A stretch of 64,000 nucleotides of DNA from a virus. The stretch is from IMG/VR virus record IMGVR_UViG_3300025732_000018, one strand, 5' to 3'. The position numbers and the translations under genes were made by a program. The stretch's first letter is position 1. Each line of letters starts with the position of its first letter. Below are positions 1 to 9,971 of this stretch, piece after piece. A model generated the notes under the pieces. That model was not told the origin of the DNA and searched no databases. It worked only from the letters and a program-made list of their open reading frames with translations.

Positions 1-1713
1 GGCAACATAGGCTACACGGGCTCTAAGGGTGACGCAGGGTCTACCGGCTACGCTGGAAGCAAGGGTGACATAGGTTACACAGGCTCGCAGGGAGACCTAG
101 GATACAGTGGATCCAAGGGTGACCTAGGTTACACCGGCTCGATCGGTTCTACCGGATACACCGGAAGCAAGGGTGAGCCAGGAACGTTTGGTGGAGCGGC
201 GTTCGACTACACGTTCGACACGTCCACCGCCGACTCAGACCCCGGCACCGGAAAGATCCGCCTCAGCAACGCCAACACCGCGCTGGCGTCGTCTCTCTAC
301 ATCAACGAGAACGACGACCTGGCAGTCTCAGTGTACAACTACCTGCAGACGATCGACGACTCGACCTCCTCGATCAAGGGTCACTTCACGATAACCGAGA
401 AAGCGAACACCGCCAACTTCGCTCAGTTCTCGATAACTGGCACTCATACACACAACACTAACTACTTCTCCGTTCCGATCGCGTGGCTGACCGGAGCTTA
501 CTCTTTCTCTAACGGCCTTGACATCATCGTCACCTTCGCTAGGACCGGCGACAAGGGCGACGCTGGCTACACCGGTTCTGCCGGCGGACTTGGATATACT
601 GGCAGCAAGGGCGACACGGGTTACACTGGATCTATCGGATCTATCGGCTACACCGGATCGCAGGGAACTCAGGGAACCACCGGCTACACCGGAAGTCAAG
701 GTGACCAAGGCGTAACTGGATACACAGGATCTGTCGGAGCTCAGGGCAACCTAGGCTACACAGGATCGCAGGGGTCTCAGGGTGACCTAGGCTTCACGGG
801 CTCTAAGGGTGACATCGGCTACACTGGCTCCGCTGGAAGTTCTGGAGCGGCAGGTGCTACCGGCTATACAGGATCGCAGGGAGACGCTGGCAGCATCGGT
901 TACACCGGCTCCAAGGGTGACCAAGGTACGACTGGGTATACCGGATCTGCTGGAACCCAAGGCGCCATCGGCTACACCGGTTCTGCAGGAACTCAAGGAG
1001 ACGTTGGCTACACCGGAAGTCAGGGCAACGTTGGTTACACTGGATCCGTAGGATCGCAGGGTGTTATCGGTTACACCGGCTCTAAGGGCGACATCGGGTA
1101 TACCGGCTCACAGGGTACTCAGGGTAGCATAGGCTACACTGGATCGGTTGGATCGATCGGCTACACCGGCTCGCAAGGAGCTCTCGGCCCTCTGGGATAC
1201 ACCGGCTCCGCGGGTGTGGGTTACACCGGATCAGCTGGAGTCGCTACCGCGGCCGGCGCAGACACACAGGTGCAGTTCAACGACGGTGGGACTACTACCG
1301 GCGCGTCGGCAGGCTTCACCTTCAACAAGACTACCAACACGGTCTTTATCTCTGGAAAGCTAGGTCTCGGCACCGCGGCTACCGCAGAGCTAGACCTCAG
1401 TGGAAACTACGCCCTCAACATAGTGACAGTCTCTGCAAACAGCGTCGACTGCTCTGCTGGTAACTACTTCACTAAGACCGCGGCGGGCAACATCACCTGG
1501 ACTTTTGATAACGTTCCCGCCTCCAGGGCCTACGGCTTCGTGCTAGAGCTGACCAACGGTGGAGCATACACGATGACTTGGCCGGCTGCAACCAAGTGGC
1601 CCTCGGCTACGGCTCCTACTCTGACCGCCAGCGGGGTCGACGTACTAACGTTCATTACCGACGACGGTGGCACTACCTGGCGCGGCCTCGCCTCGATGAT
1701 CAACAGCTCGTAA
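1..1713 (+). CDS. Collagen-like (G-Y-T-G-S-x repeat) tail fibre protein 1, 5'-truncated by the window edge
   Basis: Frame 1 is open from base 1 (GNIGYTGSKGD...). Long Gly-X-Y runs. The C-terminal domain (DCSAGNYFTKT...LELTNGG...WP...TFITDDGGTTWRG) is shared with 12452..15811. Confidence 0.8.
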   Translation, partial: GNIGYTGSKGDAGSTGYAGSKGDIGYTGSQGDLGYSGSKGDLGYTGSIGSTGYTGSKGEPGTFGGAAFDYTFDTSTADSDPGTGKIRLSNANTALASSLYINENDDLAVSVYNYLQTIDDSTSSIKGHFTITEKANTANFAQFSITGTHTHNTNYFSVPIAWLTGAYSFSNGLDIIVTFARTGDKGDAGYTGSAGGLGYTGSKGDTGYTGSIGSIGYTGSQGTQGTTGYTGSQGDQGVTGYTGSVGAQGNLGYTGSQGSQGDLGFTGSKGDIGYTGSAGSSGAAGATGYTGSQGDAGSIGYTGSKGDQGTTGYTGSAGTQGAIGYTGSAGTQGDVGYTGSQGNVGYTGSVGSQGVIGYTGSKGDIGYTGSQGTQGSIGYTGSVGSIGYTGSQGALGPLGYTGSAGVGYTGSAGVATAAGADTQVQFNDGGTTTGASAGFTFNKTTNTVFISGKLGLGTAATAELDLSGNYALNIVTVSANSVDCSAGNYFTKTAAGNITWTFDNVPASRAYGFVLELTNGGAYTMTWPAATKWPSATAPTLTASGVDVLTFITDDGGTTWRGLASMINSS

Positions 1714-1725
1714 GGAATACTGAAG

Positions 1726-2208
1726 ATGCCAAACTACGCACACGTTGAGAACGACCAGATCCAGAGGCTGTACGACGTTGTCCCTACCGCGTGGAGAAAC
1801 GTGAGCGGCCTCGACAAGCTCAGCGACGAGGAGCTAGTCGACTACGGCTGGTACAGGATACAGAAGCAAGACGTAAGCTTCGACGCGGCGACTCACTACG
1901 CCACCTACGACTACTCCTACGACTCGGCCGACGACGTCGTCAGAGAGACGACCGTCATTCATGAGAAGGTCGCGCCCTCCATCGAGGAGGCAAAGCCGGC
2001 GTTCCTGCGCTTTCTTAGAGAGGTGAGGAACGAGAAGCTAGCCGAGACAGACTTCACCCAGCTGGCAGACGTAGTAGCCAGGTCCACTCCGGAGCAGAAC
2101 CAGGCCTGGGCAGACTACAGGCAGGCCCTGAGGGATCTACCGGAGCAGTACGCCACAAACGACGTAATAAATATCCAGAACGTCGAGTGGCCTTCTAAAC
2201 CGGAATGA
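1726..2208 (+). CDS. Tail fibre assembly chaperone-like protein 1
   Basis: C-terminal LREVRNEKLAETDFTQLAD...WADYRQALRDLP...WPSKP motif typical of phage tail assembly chaperones; directly follows the fibre gene. Confidence 0.8.
   Translation: MPNYAHVENDQIQRLYDVVPTAWRNVSGLDKLSDEELVDYGWYRIQKQDVSFDAATHYATYDYSYDSADDVVRETTVIHEKVAPSIEEAKPAFLRFLREVRNEKLAETDFTQLADVVARSTPEQNQAWADYRQALRDLPEQYATNDVINIQNVEWPSKPE
2166..2173 (+). promoter_or_regulatory. Possible T4-type late promoter (AATAAATA) for the giant RCC1 gene
   Basis: NATAAATA motif 45 nt upstream of ATG 2219. Confidence 0.45.
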
Positions 2209-2218
2209 TTGTCAGCAG

Positions 2219-5200
2219 ATGCTTATCTTTCAGAGTCTTCTAGCGCCAGCAGCGACCTCTAGCCCAGTGGTCGTGACCCCGTACCCTCTGTACGGTTGGG
2301 GTGTTAACACTACCGGCAAGCTAGGAATCAACAACAACACCACTCAGTCCTATCCCGTTCAGGTGCTGTCCGGCACGTCTTGGAAGAGCTTCTCCACCGC
2401 TTTCAACCACTCGCTCGGAGTGAAGTCAGACGGCACCCTGTGGGCTTGGGGTGGAAACGCTAGTGGTGAGCTTGGTATCAATGTTAAGTCAGGAAGAAGG
2501 ACCTCTCTCGATAAGTTTGATAACTCCAGCTGGACGATGATAAAGACCGACAACCAGCACACCGTCGGTCTCAAGTCAGACGGATCTCTCTGGGCTTGGG
2601 GAGTAAACTCTAGCGGACAGCTCGGAACTAACGACGTCGTCACGAGGTCGTCTCCGGTACAGATAGGCACCAGCAGCTGGACGTCAGTCGACGCCGGAGC
2701 AAACTTCACTGTAGCGCTTAAAGTAGGTGGTACTCTCTGGGCGTGGGGTCTAGGAACTGGCGGGCAGCTAGGCATCAGCGCTGCAACCAGTCGCTCTTCA
2801 CCTACACAGGTCGGCGCTCTTACGACATGGTCAAAGGTCTCTGCCGGATCTGCAGCAGTTATAGCGTCAACTTCTGACAACTATGCATACGTCTGGGGAA
2901 CTGGTCTGATGCAGGCCGCCAACGACGGCTTCGTACTCGTTAGGTCTTCTCCTGTAGCAGTTGCTTTCCAGCCGTTCGATGGAGCTCTTTCTGCAGCAGG
3001 AATATTCCAAAGTACAATACTTATCGACAAACAGTACAGATTGTGGGCATGGGGAGGTAACACTTATTCCGGTTTAGCTCCCGGTATTCTTGGAACAAAT
3101 GATACGTTTGACAGAAGCTCGCCTGTCTTAGTCAGCTCTACTGGCTCTTGGACCATGATCTCCGGTAAGAGCAACTCGTTTGCAGCAATCAAGTCTGACG
3201 GCTCGCTGTGGACGTGGGGATACAACGCGCAGGGACAACTTGGGACGGGTGATACTAAGAACAGGAGCTCTCCGACTCAGATCGGCACCAGCAGCTGGTC
3301 GATGGTGTCGACCGGTACTTACTTCATGGCCGCGATTAACATCAACGGACAGGTGTTCTGCTGGGGAAGTGGCGGTCAGGGATCATTAGGAAACAACGCG
3401 GCTATCGACAGGAGCTCTCCCGTACAGCTCGCCTCTACCTCTAGCTTTAACGTCGTCTCTGTCGGAAACTTTCACGCTCTCGCTAGAACCATTAACAACA
3501 AGCTCTGGGCTTGGGGAATAAACAACTACGGCCAGCTTGGAGCTAGCTTAGGAGTTACTGCTGCTAGATCATCTCCAGTCGCGATAGGAACGACTACTAG
3601 CTGGACCGCGATATCAGCCGGCAGCGACCACTCCGCGGGAATAACCTCTGCCGGATCGCTATGGACCTGGGGAAGCAACGGCCTAGGAGCTCTCGGAAAC
3701 TCATCCACCATCAACAGGTCGTCACCAATTCAAGTTGGAGCGGCTACAACATGGACAAAGGTGGAAGGTGGAGTTGACTACACGCTGGCGATGACTGAGA
3801 GCGCCGGAACTGCAACAGTATATCACTTTGGCCAGAACGCCGGTAGGGCTGGAAATGGAACTACGGCTACTACCAGCTCGCCGGTTGCCGTGTACACGAC
3901 TGCAGGAACACCGAAGCTCATAACTTCTTTCTCTGGTGGTTCTACTTACATCATATCTCCAGACGATACTATCATCGGAACAGGAGAGAACGTATTATAC
4001 TCTCTGGCTCTTGTTGACTCTCCTCTAGCTAATACTACAGTGTGGAAGATAGTAGGTCACTCTCCACCTGGAACAATTAACTCTGTAGCTATGGGCACTG
4101 TACATGGAGCGGTAGTTGCTAATAATAAGCTTTATGGTCTAGGACTCAATGACTTCGGTCAGCTTGGCGCTGGCACTACGATCAGCAGGTCACGCGCCGT
4201 CTTGGTAGACTCCTCGAAGACGTGGTCAACGATCGACACGGGTTACTACGCGTCTATGGGAATAACCAGCGACGGTAAGCTCTGGTCCTGGGGAAACAAC
4301 ACACAGGGACAACTCGGGTTAGGTGATATAGTCGACAGAAGTAGTCCGACGCAGGTAGGAAGCAGTAGTTGGACTGTGGTTAGTTTGTCAAAAGCTAGCG
4401 CTGGCCCAGTGTTTGCTGCGGGTGTAACGACCGACGGAAAGCTCTGGGGCTGGGGAAGGAACTACGACTACCTGCCTCTAGGGTTCCTTGGAGACACAGC
4501 CGTTCTTACTAATAGGTCTGCACCAGTTCAGATCGGATCCGCTACAAACTGGACAAGCGTCTCGGTCGAGGGTCAGCAGACGTCATCTACGAACGACGCT
4601 CTGATCGTTGGGGTCAACAGTCTTGGCGAGGCGTACTGGCAAGGCAACGGAACTGACTTCGCCATCAACGACGCAAACAGGGTCTCTCCAGTTCAGATCG
4701 GCACCGACACCGACTGGGAGAGCGTAGCAGCAGGTGGCGGTGTCGCCCTTCTCGCTCACTCGTTCGCGATCAAGACGAACAAGACCCTATGGTCGTGGGG
4801 CTCAAACTACTGGGGAAACCTTGGACTTGGTCTAGCTAACAACGTCGATAGGTCATCTCCTACTCAAGTAACGGCAGGGCCGACAAACGGAAGCTGGAGC
4901 GCGGTCGCCGGAGGGTATAACTTCGACTACGGTATCGACACCTCTGGAAAGCTCTGGGCCTGGGGCTACAACTATACCGGCGGCGGTCTAGGCCTCGGGG
5001 TCGGAGACGTCACTAACTACACCGCACCTCAGCTAGTGACCAAGCAGAGAAGCTTCACTTTAGCAAGCGCACCCTACGTTGCAGGCGGTGGCAATTTCGG
5101 AGCCACGGTCATAGACTCTCTGAACAACGAGGCTTGGTCGTGGGGTGGAGGCACGTCTGGTGTAACAGGTCTAGGAGTGACGACGACATACTACAGTCCG

Positions 5201-8200
5201 ACTCTCGTCCCGAGCACATCGTGGAGAGTAATATCTTCAGGGTCAGACTTTGCTGTCGGCGTTAAGGCTGACGGCACCCTCTGGTCGTGGGGTGGAAACG
5301 TCAACGGTCAGCTCGGCAAGAACAGCACGGTGGGGTCACTAACGCCGGCGCAGATCATGACTGGAAGCAGCTTCACGACGGTCTCAGCTGCAGAATACAG
5401 GGCCTACGCCATATCTACGGCCGGTCAACTCTTCGCCTGGGGCTACAACAGCGCAGGAAACGCCTGGAACGACGGGAACGCTAGGTCGTCTCCGGTCCAG
5501 ATCGGCTCTAGCAGCTGGTCAGCTATCGCCTCTGGTCACAAGCACGACGTCGCTCTAACAGTCGACGGAAGTATGTACGCGTGGGGAGACAACGCTGCCG
5601 GACAGCACGGACTCAACGACGACCTCTACATTAGCAGGAGCAGTCCGACTCTGGTGGCTACTTCCATCTCGAAAGTATTCGCGGGCAACGCATGCACCTC
5701 GTACATCGACGGACTGTCTAGGTTGTTCTACGCCGGAAATGACATAGCTGGAGGAGCTGGAAGAAGTGGTCCGTTCTTTAACCCGGTCGTCGGATACATG
5801 AACGAGCCTTTCAACGAGACTCTCGGCGCCGCGGCAGGATCCTGGACCATGGTAGCCTTCGGCTACTATCCTGGCTTTGAGTCTTCTTACACTACCGCTC
5901 TAGGCGTGAAGAGCGACGGAAGTCTCTGGGCCTGGGGAAACAACAACGCTGGCACCATAGGTGACGGTACTACAGTAAACAGGTTTAGAAACCCTCAGAA
6001 GATAGGAAGTAGCAGTTGGTCGTTCGTTGCAGTAAATAACCAAGTGGCGGCGGCGATAGATACCGCCGGCCGGTTGTTTACCTGGGGTGTTAACACGGAC
6101 GGAAAGCTCGGTCAGAACAGCGTGGCGAGCAGGTCTTCTCCCGTGCAGGTGGCTGGATCTTGGAACTTCGTCGCGATAGGTCAGTCTAGCGTGGCTGCGA
6201 TTAAGACCGACAGCACACTGTGGACGTGGGGAGGTAACGCTAACGGTCAGCTCGGCGTCAGCGACACAATAAACAGGTCTTCACCCGTGCAGGTGGCGGG
6301 AGCTTGGGTCATGGTTGCCTTCTCGGGTGCTCAGTCAAACGAGTCTAAGAGCATGATCGGAATAAAGACCAACGGTCAGGTCTACACATGGGGACTGGGT
6401 TCGATCCAAAACAGCTATCTCGGAGGATCTATCGGAGCCCGAAACGAAGTCTACGGGATCGACAGGTCTTCTCCTGTATCTATAGGAGCCCCGCTGACCT
6501 ACACAGGAATAAGCGCGACCACCGTCAGCGCTTCAGACTACGGAGTGTCTCTCATAAGAATGTCCGACGGAAACTTGCTCACGTGGGGCTACGGCGGCTT
6601 CGGGAGCCATGGACACAGCGATCAAATCAACCGTTCGTGGCCTACCGTAGTCGGACAGACTCTGTCTTGGTCAGTGCTGTCGATGGGCGTAGATCACGTC
6701 GCAGCGGTTAGATCGGACGGCTCTCTCTGGTCATGGGGTCTCAACTCGGACGGAAGGTTAGGCACCAACGACACTAACAATAGGTCTTCTCCTGTACAGA
6801 TTGGCTCCTTGACTAACTGGTCAGACGTCTCTGCAGGAAACGGACACACGCTAGCGAGAAAGACAGACGGAACTCTCTGGGCTTGGGGTTCTAACGGGCA
6901 GGGAAGACTGGGAGACGGCACCACCATAAACAAGTCTTCACCGATACAGATAGGTACCAGCAGCTGGAGCGCGATCTCGGCAGGGTATACAACCTCTGCA
7001 GGAATAAGCGCGTTTAGACTGTTTGTCTGGGGTGACGACGGTTTAGGAAGACTCGGTCTCAACACTAGTAACGTTCATCAGTCTTCGCCGGTCCAACTCG
7101 GCACCAGTAGCTGGTCTGCGGTCTCTGTAGGAGAGCCGCACATGTTAGCTATAAGAACTGACGGAGCCTTGTTCGCCTGGGGAGGTGACGCTGGCTACGG
7201 TTGTCTAGGCTTAGACATCTCGACGAGCAGGTCCTCTCCGATTCAAGTCGGTACCAGCAGCTGGTCGCAGGTATCAGCCGGCTACTACGGCAGCATGGGC
7301 ATCACTACAGCCACCTCTCTATGGGCGTGGGGGTCTAACTCGCAGGGGAGACTAGGTGTTGGAGACGTTAGAAATAGGTCAGTGCCTACTCAAGTGGGAG
7401 CTCTTACTGGCTGGACGGCTCTAGGTAAAACTATTGTTACAGAGGTTAATACTGCCATCAGAGGCTCGGCGCTGTACGCGATGGGCGCAGTAGACGCTAT
7501 AACCGGAGACAGATCTTCGCCGGTCCTAGTGGGAGTAGGAGACTGGAAGAACAGCTGCACTACTCAGTACTATCATCTTGCTATCTATAATAAGACTATG
7601 ATTCTTACTGAGGGTCATGTTAACACGCCTTACGTCCTCGGAAACAACAGCACCACGACTAACTCCTGGAACACCAGTTCGCGAACGATCATGGAGGGTA
7701 CAAAGGGACACCGCGCTTACCCAGACGGCCCGTGGTCCAACAACTCTCACATGTTGTACGGTACTACTAAAGCGGTGAAGACCGACGGCACTCTATGGGC
7801 TTGGGGTGACAACTCTCTTTATCAGATTGCCACAAAAGACAACGTATCTAGATCGTCACCCACTCAGATAGGAACGGCCACGAGTTGGAGAACTACGAGC
7901 GTGGCGGTTAGAGCTCTTGGGGCATCAATACTTGGAGAATTAGACACGACCGGAAAGGTCTGGACGTGGGGCATCGGCAACTACGCTGGCTCCATGGTGA
8001 ACCCACTCCAGTCGTTCACGCAGATCCCAGGATCTTGGTCGATGGTCTCGTACGCCAGACAGGACTACTCTACTCAGGCGGGAATCAAGACCGACGGCAC
8101 GCTATGGACTTGGGGCTACGGCCAGTCCGGCTCGACAGGTCTCGGAAGCACCACCGCTAGGTCGTCTCCGACACAGGTCGGAACCAAGAACGACTGGACC

Positions 8201-9931
8201 TACGTGGCCTCTGGTCAGAACACAGTGATAGCCATCGGAGACTACGGTCAAGTAGTCTACGCCTGGGGTTACAGGCCGGGGGCTTTTTCTATCAATAGCA
8301 CCTCTTCTCCAGTAGCGCTGTTCGCGCCTAACTTCTCGGCTAAAGAGCTCGCTCCGAGCATGCTCGGCTCACACACGATGGTGCTGTCGACTGCCGGGTC
8401 TCTCTACGCCATCGGCGCTGGAAAGGACGGAGCGTTCGGAGACGGACTGACTACTACGTCGGCGTACGTTCCGATCAAGATAGACAACGGCACCTGGAAG
8501 AAGATAGCCACGGGCAACTCGCACACGCTCGGTCTAAAGACTGACAGCACTCTGTGGGCATGGGGCCTTAACACGTCGGGACAGCTGGGGATACAGGACG
8601 CTACAACGAGAAGTTCTCCGGTACAGGTCATGGCTGGAAAGAGCTTCACTGCGATAAGTGCCGGAGCGACTGGTTTCTCGCAAGTCATCGATCAGAACGG
8701 AATCATGTGGGGATTCGGTTTACCTACCAACGGCGTGCTCGGCATATCATCAACGGTCTCAAATAGATCAATGCCGGTAACCGTCGGTGAAGACTGGTCT
8801 ATCATTTCTACGGGAGGGTCGCACACGGCGGCGATAGACAGTGAAGGAGGTCTTTGGGTCTGGGGAACAAACTCATTTGGTTCACTCGGCGTTAATGACA
8901 CCATCGCTAGAAACGTAGTGACTAAGATTGGTACTTCTAGTTGGGTGTTCGTCACTTGCGCAGTCAACAGTACTATGGGAATCACCGCCGACGGCAAGCT
9001 TTATGCTTGGGGAAGGAACAGTAACGCAAACCTCGGCGTCGGAGACACGCTAGATAGGTCGTCGCCTGTACAAGTCACGAGCAGCGTCAGCAGCTGGAAG
9101 TTCGTAAGCACTATGGACGACGTGTCGTTTGGAATCGCGTCAGATGGAACTCTCTGGTCGTGGGGATCTGGAGCTAAGGGAACTCTTGGAGACGGAAGTG
9201 CTACTCTTACTAGATCCGCCCCGAACCAGATCTCGACAAGCAACTGGACAGTAGTTCGATCTTCGTATGGAAGTAGCAACAACGGCTACGGAATCACTGC
9301 CAGCGGAGACCTGTACGCTTGGGGCAACGGAGCCGGCGGAGCTATACCTCTCAACGCTTCTACAGGAGACAGGTCATATCCAACTCTTATATCTAGCGGG
9401 TGGTGGGCTAACGTCAACGCTCTTGCAGCACCGAACAACGGCGTCGGAGTGGCCATCAAGTCAGATCGTACTCTCTGGGTGTGGGGCTCACCAAACAACG
9501 TTGCTGTACTCGGCCTGAACAGCGCGACCAACAACAGAAGCTCGCCGACTCAGATTGGAACGAGTTCGTGGTCTGCAGTCACCGGTCAGCTGACTCAGGT
9601 AGCGGCTATCGACGTCGACGGTCGTCTGTTCATGTGGGGGGCAAACGCAAGCGGCATACTAGGAAACAACGATACACTTACTAGGTCGTCACCGACTCAG
9701 GTCACGGGTTCACTTAGCTACACGATGGTTACAATCGCAGCCGCGTACACGCACGGAATACAAGCAGTCACAAAAGACAGGTACTACTGGGGAGCCTCTA
9801 ATGCTGCGTATAGCGGACTTGGTACCGGTATAGCAAGAAGCAACCCAACGTTCGTTGCAGAGGGAAAGATAGGAAGCTGGACAGCAGTAAACGCAGGGTA
9901 CGACTCGGTTCTTGCCACGAAGACCGTATAA
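2219..9931 (+). CDS. Giant RCC1/BLIP-II repeat beta-propeller protein (2570 aa), putative adhesin
   Basis: Dozens of ~50-aa repeats: (IK)SDGTLWAWGxNxxGQLG...NRSSPVQIGTSSW. Confidence 0.85.
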   Translation: MLIFQSLLAPAATSSPVVVTPYPLYGWGVNTTGKLGINNNTTQSYPVQVLSGTSWKSFSTAFNHSLGVKSDGTLWAWGGNASGELGINVKSGRRTSLDKFDNSSWTMIKTDNQHTVGLKSDGSLWAWGVNSSGQLGTNDVVTRSSPVQIGTSSWTSVDAGANFTVALKVGGTLWAWGLGTGGQLGISAATSRSSPTQVGALTTWSKVSAGSAAVIASTSDNYAYVWGTGLMQAANDGFVLVRSSPVAVAFQPFDGALSAAGIFQSTILIDKQYRLWAWGGNTYSGLAPGILGTNDTFDRSSPVLVSSTGSWTMISGKSNSFAAIKSDGSLWTWGYNAQGQLGTGDTKNRSSPTQIGTSSWSMVSTGTYFMAAININGQVFCWGSGGQGSLGNNAAIDRSSPVQLASTSSFNVVSVGNFHALARTINNKLWAWGINNYGQLGASLGVTAARSSPVAIGTTTSWTAISAGSDHSAGITSAGSLWTWGSNGLGALGNSSTINRSSPIQVGAATTWTKVEGGVDYTLAMTESAGTATVYHFGQNAGRAGNGTTATTSSPVAVYTTAGTPKLITSFSGGSTYIISPDDTIIGTGENVLYSLALVDSPLANTTVWKIVGHSPPGTINSVAMGTVHGAVVANNKLYGLGLNDFGQLGAGTTISRSRAVLVDSSKTWSTIDTGYYASMGITSDGKLWSWGNNTQGQLGLGDIVDRSSPTQVGSSSWTVVSLSKASAGPVFAAGVTTDGKLWGWGRNYDYLPLGFLGDTAVLTNRSAPVQIGSATNWTSVSVEGQQTSSTNDALIVGVNSLGEAYWQGNGTDFAINDANRVSPVQIGTDTDWESVAAGGGVALLAHSFAIKTNKTLWSWGSNYWGNLGLGLANNVDRSSPTQVTAGPTNGSWSAVAGGYNFDYGIDTSGKLWAWGYNYTGGGLGLGVGDVTNYTAPQLVTKQRSFTLASAPYVAGGGNFGATVIDSLNNEAWSWGGGTSGVTGLGVTTTYYSPTLVPSTSWRVISSGSDFAVGVKADGTLWSWGGNVNGQLGKNSTVGSLTPAQIMTGSSFTTVSAAEYRAYAISTAGQLFAWGYNSAGNAWNDGNARSSPVQIGSSSWSAIASGHKHDVALTVDGSMYAWGDNAAGQHGLNDDLYISRSSPTLVATSISKVFAGNACTSYIDGLSRLFYAGNDIAGGAGRSGPFFNPVVGYMNEPFNETLGAAAGSWTMVAFGYYPGFESSYTTALGVKSDGSLWAWGNNNAGTIGDGTTVNRFRNPQKIGSSSWSFVAVNNQVAAAIDTAGRLFTWGVNTDGKLGQNSVASRSSPVQVAGSWNFVAIGQSSVAAIKTDSTLWTWGGNANGQLGVSDTINRSSPVQVAGAWVMVAFSGAQSNESKSMIGIKTNGQVYTWGLGSIQNSYLGGSIGARNEVYGIDRSSPVSIGAPLTYTGISATTVSASDYGVSLIRMSDGNLLTWGYGGFGSHGHSDQINRSWPTVVGQTLSWSVLSMGVDHVAAVRSDGSLWSWGLNSDGRLGTNDTNNRSSPVQIGSLTNWSDVSAGNGHTLARKTDGTLWAWGSNGQGRLGDGTTINKSSPIQIGTSSWSAISAGYTTSAGISAFRLFVWGDDGLGRLGLNTSNVHQSSPVQLGTSSWSAVSVGEPHMLAIRTDGALFAWGGDAGYGCLGLDISTSRSSPIQVGTSSWSQVSAGYYGSMGITTATSLWAWGSNSQGRLGVGDVRNRSVPTQVGALTGWTALGKTIVTEVNTAIRGSALYAMGAVDAITGDRSSPVLVGVGDWKNSCTTQYYHLAIYNKTMILTEGHVNTPYVLGNNSTTTNSWNTSSRTIMEGTKGHRAYPDGPWSNNSHMLYGTTKAVKTDGTLWAWGDNSLYQIATKDNVSRSSPTQIGTATSWRTTSVAVRALGASILGELDTTGKVWTWGIGNYAGSMVNPLQSFTQIPGSWSMVSYARQDYSTQAGIKTDGTLWTWGYGQSGSTGLGSTTARSSPTQVGTKNDWTYVASGQNTVIAIGDYGQVVYAWGYRPGAFSINSTSSPVALFAPNFSAKELAPSMLGSHTMVLSTAGSLYAIGAGKDGAFGDGLTTTSAYVPIKIDNGTWKKIATGNSHTLGLKTDSTLWAWGLNTSGQLGIQDATTRSSPVQVMAGKSFTAISAGATGFSQVIDQNGIMWGFGLPTNGVLGISSTVSNRSMPVTVGEDWSIISTGGSHTAAIDSEGGLWVWGTNSFGSLGVNDTIARNVVTKIGTSSWVFVTCAVNSTMGITADGKLYAWGRNSNANLGVGDTLDRSSPVQVTSSVSSWKFVSTMDDVSFGIASDGTLWSWGSGAKGTLGDGSATLTRSAPNQISTSNWTVVRSSYGSSNNGYGITASGDLYAWGNGAGGAIPLNASTGDRSYPTLISSGWWANVNALAAPNNGVGVAIKSDRTLWVWGSPNNVAVLGLNSATNNRSSPTQIGTSSWSAVTGQLTQVAAIDVDGRLFMWGANASGILGNNDTLTRSSPTQVTGSLSYTMVTIAAAYTHGIQAVTKDRYYWGASNAAYSGLGTGIARSNPTFVAEGKIGSWTAVNAGYDSVLATKTV

Positions 9932-9937
9932 TAAATA
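9930..9937 (+). promoter_or_regulatory. T4-type late promoter (AATAAATA) for the glycosyltransferase genes
   Basis: NATAAATA overlapping the upstream stop codon, about 35 nt before ATG 9972. Confidence 0.6.
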
Positions 9938-9971
9938 CACGCGAGTCGTAATTCTACAACATGGAGTAGAC

